Position numbers and translations under genes: made by a program. A stretch of DNA of 22,218 nt from Bugula neritina. Lineage: Eukaryota > Animalia > Bryozoa. Below are positions 21,067 through 22,218 of this stretch, in pieces; the first letter of the stretch is position 1, and each line of letters starts with the position of its first letter. A model generated the notes under the pieces. That model had not been told where the DNA came from. It was given only the letters and a program-made list of their open reading frames with translations, and made no database searches. The stretch covers positions 1-22,218 of the forward strand of contig CAXIUT010000113.1 of assembly GCA_964035545.1 (NCBI GenBank), read 5' to 3'.

Positions 21067-22076
21067 ATGAAGCTATAAAAAGTAAAAGAAATCAACGCCG
21101 AATAACGCATCTGGTCTATCGATTGGTACCTCTTCTAGCATAAAGGCATCCACATTCGCAACTACTTGCCACTGCAGGTTCCTCAAAAAAAGTTAAACTA
21201 TGGAAAAATTGTCCACAAAATGGATGGTACCTTCATGTATCTCTATCATCACAAAGGATACTATTACAACTAGTCATACCAAGTCAATTAGATGTGTTAA
21301 ATTCAGTCATAATGCTCATTTCTTGGCTACTGCATCTTTTGACGCAACTATCTAGATCTTCATCTCAGGAAACGATGGATTTGAAGATCTCACTGTCTTA
21401 TAAGGACACTAAAATTAGGTGAATACTCAATAATGCAGGTGAAAAGTATCAGTTGGAACCCAAAAGACACACAACTGGCTTCATGCAGTCGAGATAAGAA
21501 CGTCTGGATCTGGTCTTTCAACAACCACTCAAATGATTTCTAGTGCTAAACTGTTCTAGAAGGACACACAGATGATGTCAAATGCATCATTTGGCTCTAA
21601 GATGACTGTCTGGCATCAGCAAGTTATGACAATACAATAAGATTATGGGCTTAATAGGATGGATAGATGATTCCATTTCAACTTTTAGAAGGACACAATT
21701 CAACAGTCTGGAGTTTAGATTACTAACCAAAATCATAAACTCTATTTTCTTGTGGTGATAACTCAATGATAGTAAAATGGATTAGACAAAAACAAACAGG
21801 TAGATTTTAGAAGGCACAAACAATTCACAATATGCAGAATAACTATATTACTTCGATTTATGCGATATCAGTAATTACTCCAGATTTAATAATTACAGTA
21901 AGATTTGATAGATTTAGGGAAATGGAGACAACACAGTATCGATGATATATAAAGGAAATGTAGTCTTTAGAGGAGAACATGATGGAGATGTCAATTGCTT
22001 ATCTCTCAAATAAAATATCATTGCCTCAGGAGGAGATGACGAAAAAATAATCCTTTGGAAAGTTATAGGATCGTGA
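21067..22076 (+). CDS. CIA1: Cytosolic Fe-S assembly WD40 protein CIA1/CIAO1, 309 aa
   Basis: RIWSIDWHP, HTKSIR, LATASFDAT, LEGHENEVKSISW, ASCSRDKNVWIW, FEC..LEGHTDDVK, ASASYDNTIRLW, GHNSTVW, HDGDVNC, ASGGDD. Four 20-nt introns: 21126-21145, 21237-21256, 21419-21438, 21898-21917. Confidence 0.95.
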
Positions 22077-22136
22077 TTAGATTTACAGTTATAGATATTG
22101 TTATATTGATATTTTGGTATTTTGTTAGAAAATAAT

Positions 22137-22218
22137 GGGGTTGGGGGTTGGGGTTGGGGTTGGGGTTGGGGTTGGGGTTGGGGTTGGGGTTGGGGTTGGG
22201 GTTGGGGTTGGGGTTGGG
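22137..22218 (+). repeat. Right telomere (GGGGTT)n
   Basis: 82-nt array at window end, with one G5 variant unit at 22143-22147; ends TTGGG. Confidence 0.98.

Noticed and set aside
112-22076. Pseudogene cluster, or standard ciliate TAR=Gln code, or split TAA/TAG meanings
   Set aside because: Frames are long and TGA-free, and both codons fall on conserved Glu positions while conserved Gln uses CAR.
22141-22149. G5 variant telomere unit
   Set aside because: Single occurrence; could be a telomerase slip or a homopolymer sequencing error.

Overview
AT-rich ciliate macronuclear DNA, very probably from a peritrich-type lineage. Telomeres are (CCCCAA)n/(TTGGGG)n, TAA and TAG both encode Glu (equivalent to NCBI table 30), TGA is the only stop, and introns are 19-22 nt. 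The supplied standard-code ORF track is therefore mostly misleading; all calls come from manual re-translation. The window is three molecules joined end to end. (1) 1-10421 is a complete telomere-to-telomere minichromosome with four genes: a Cys-to-Ser pseudo-USP, a catalytically dead IS630/Tc1-type transposase with an acidic N-terminal extension, a thioredoxin/PDI-like protein and a TOGARAM/Crescerin-like TOG protein. (2) 10422-12176 is a chromosome right end carrying a 3'-truncated PRP17. (3) 12177-22218 is a chromosome right end carrying a 5'-truncated coiled-coil gene, a hypothetical gene, a WDR62-like gene with one -1 frame break, a nucleoside hydrolase, GILT, a class II HDAC and CIA1. 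The strongest candidate for a new system is the apparently domesticated, inactive DD34E-derived transposase. Also notable: an invariant A at -6 in all 11 introns and a TGA-T context at all 11 gene stops.
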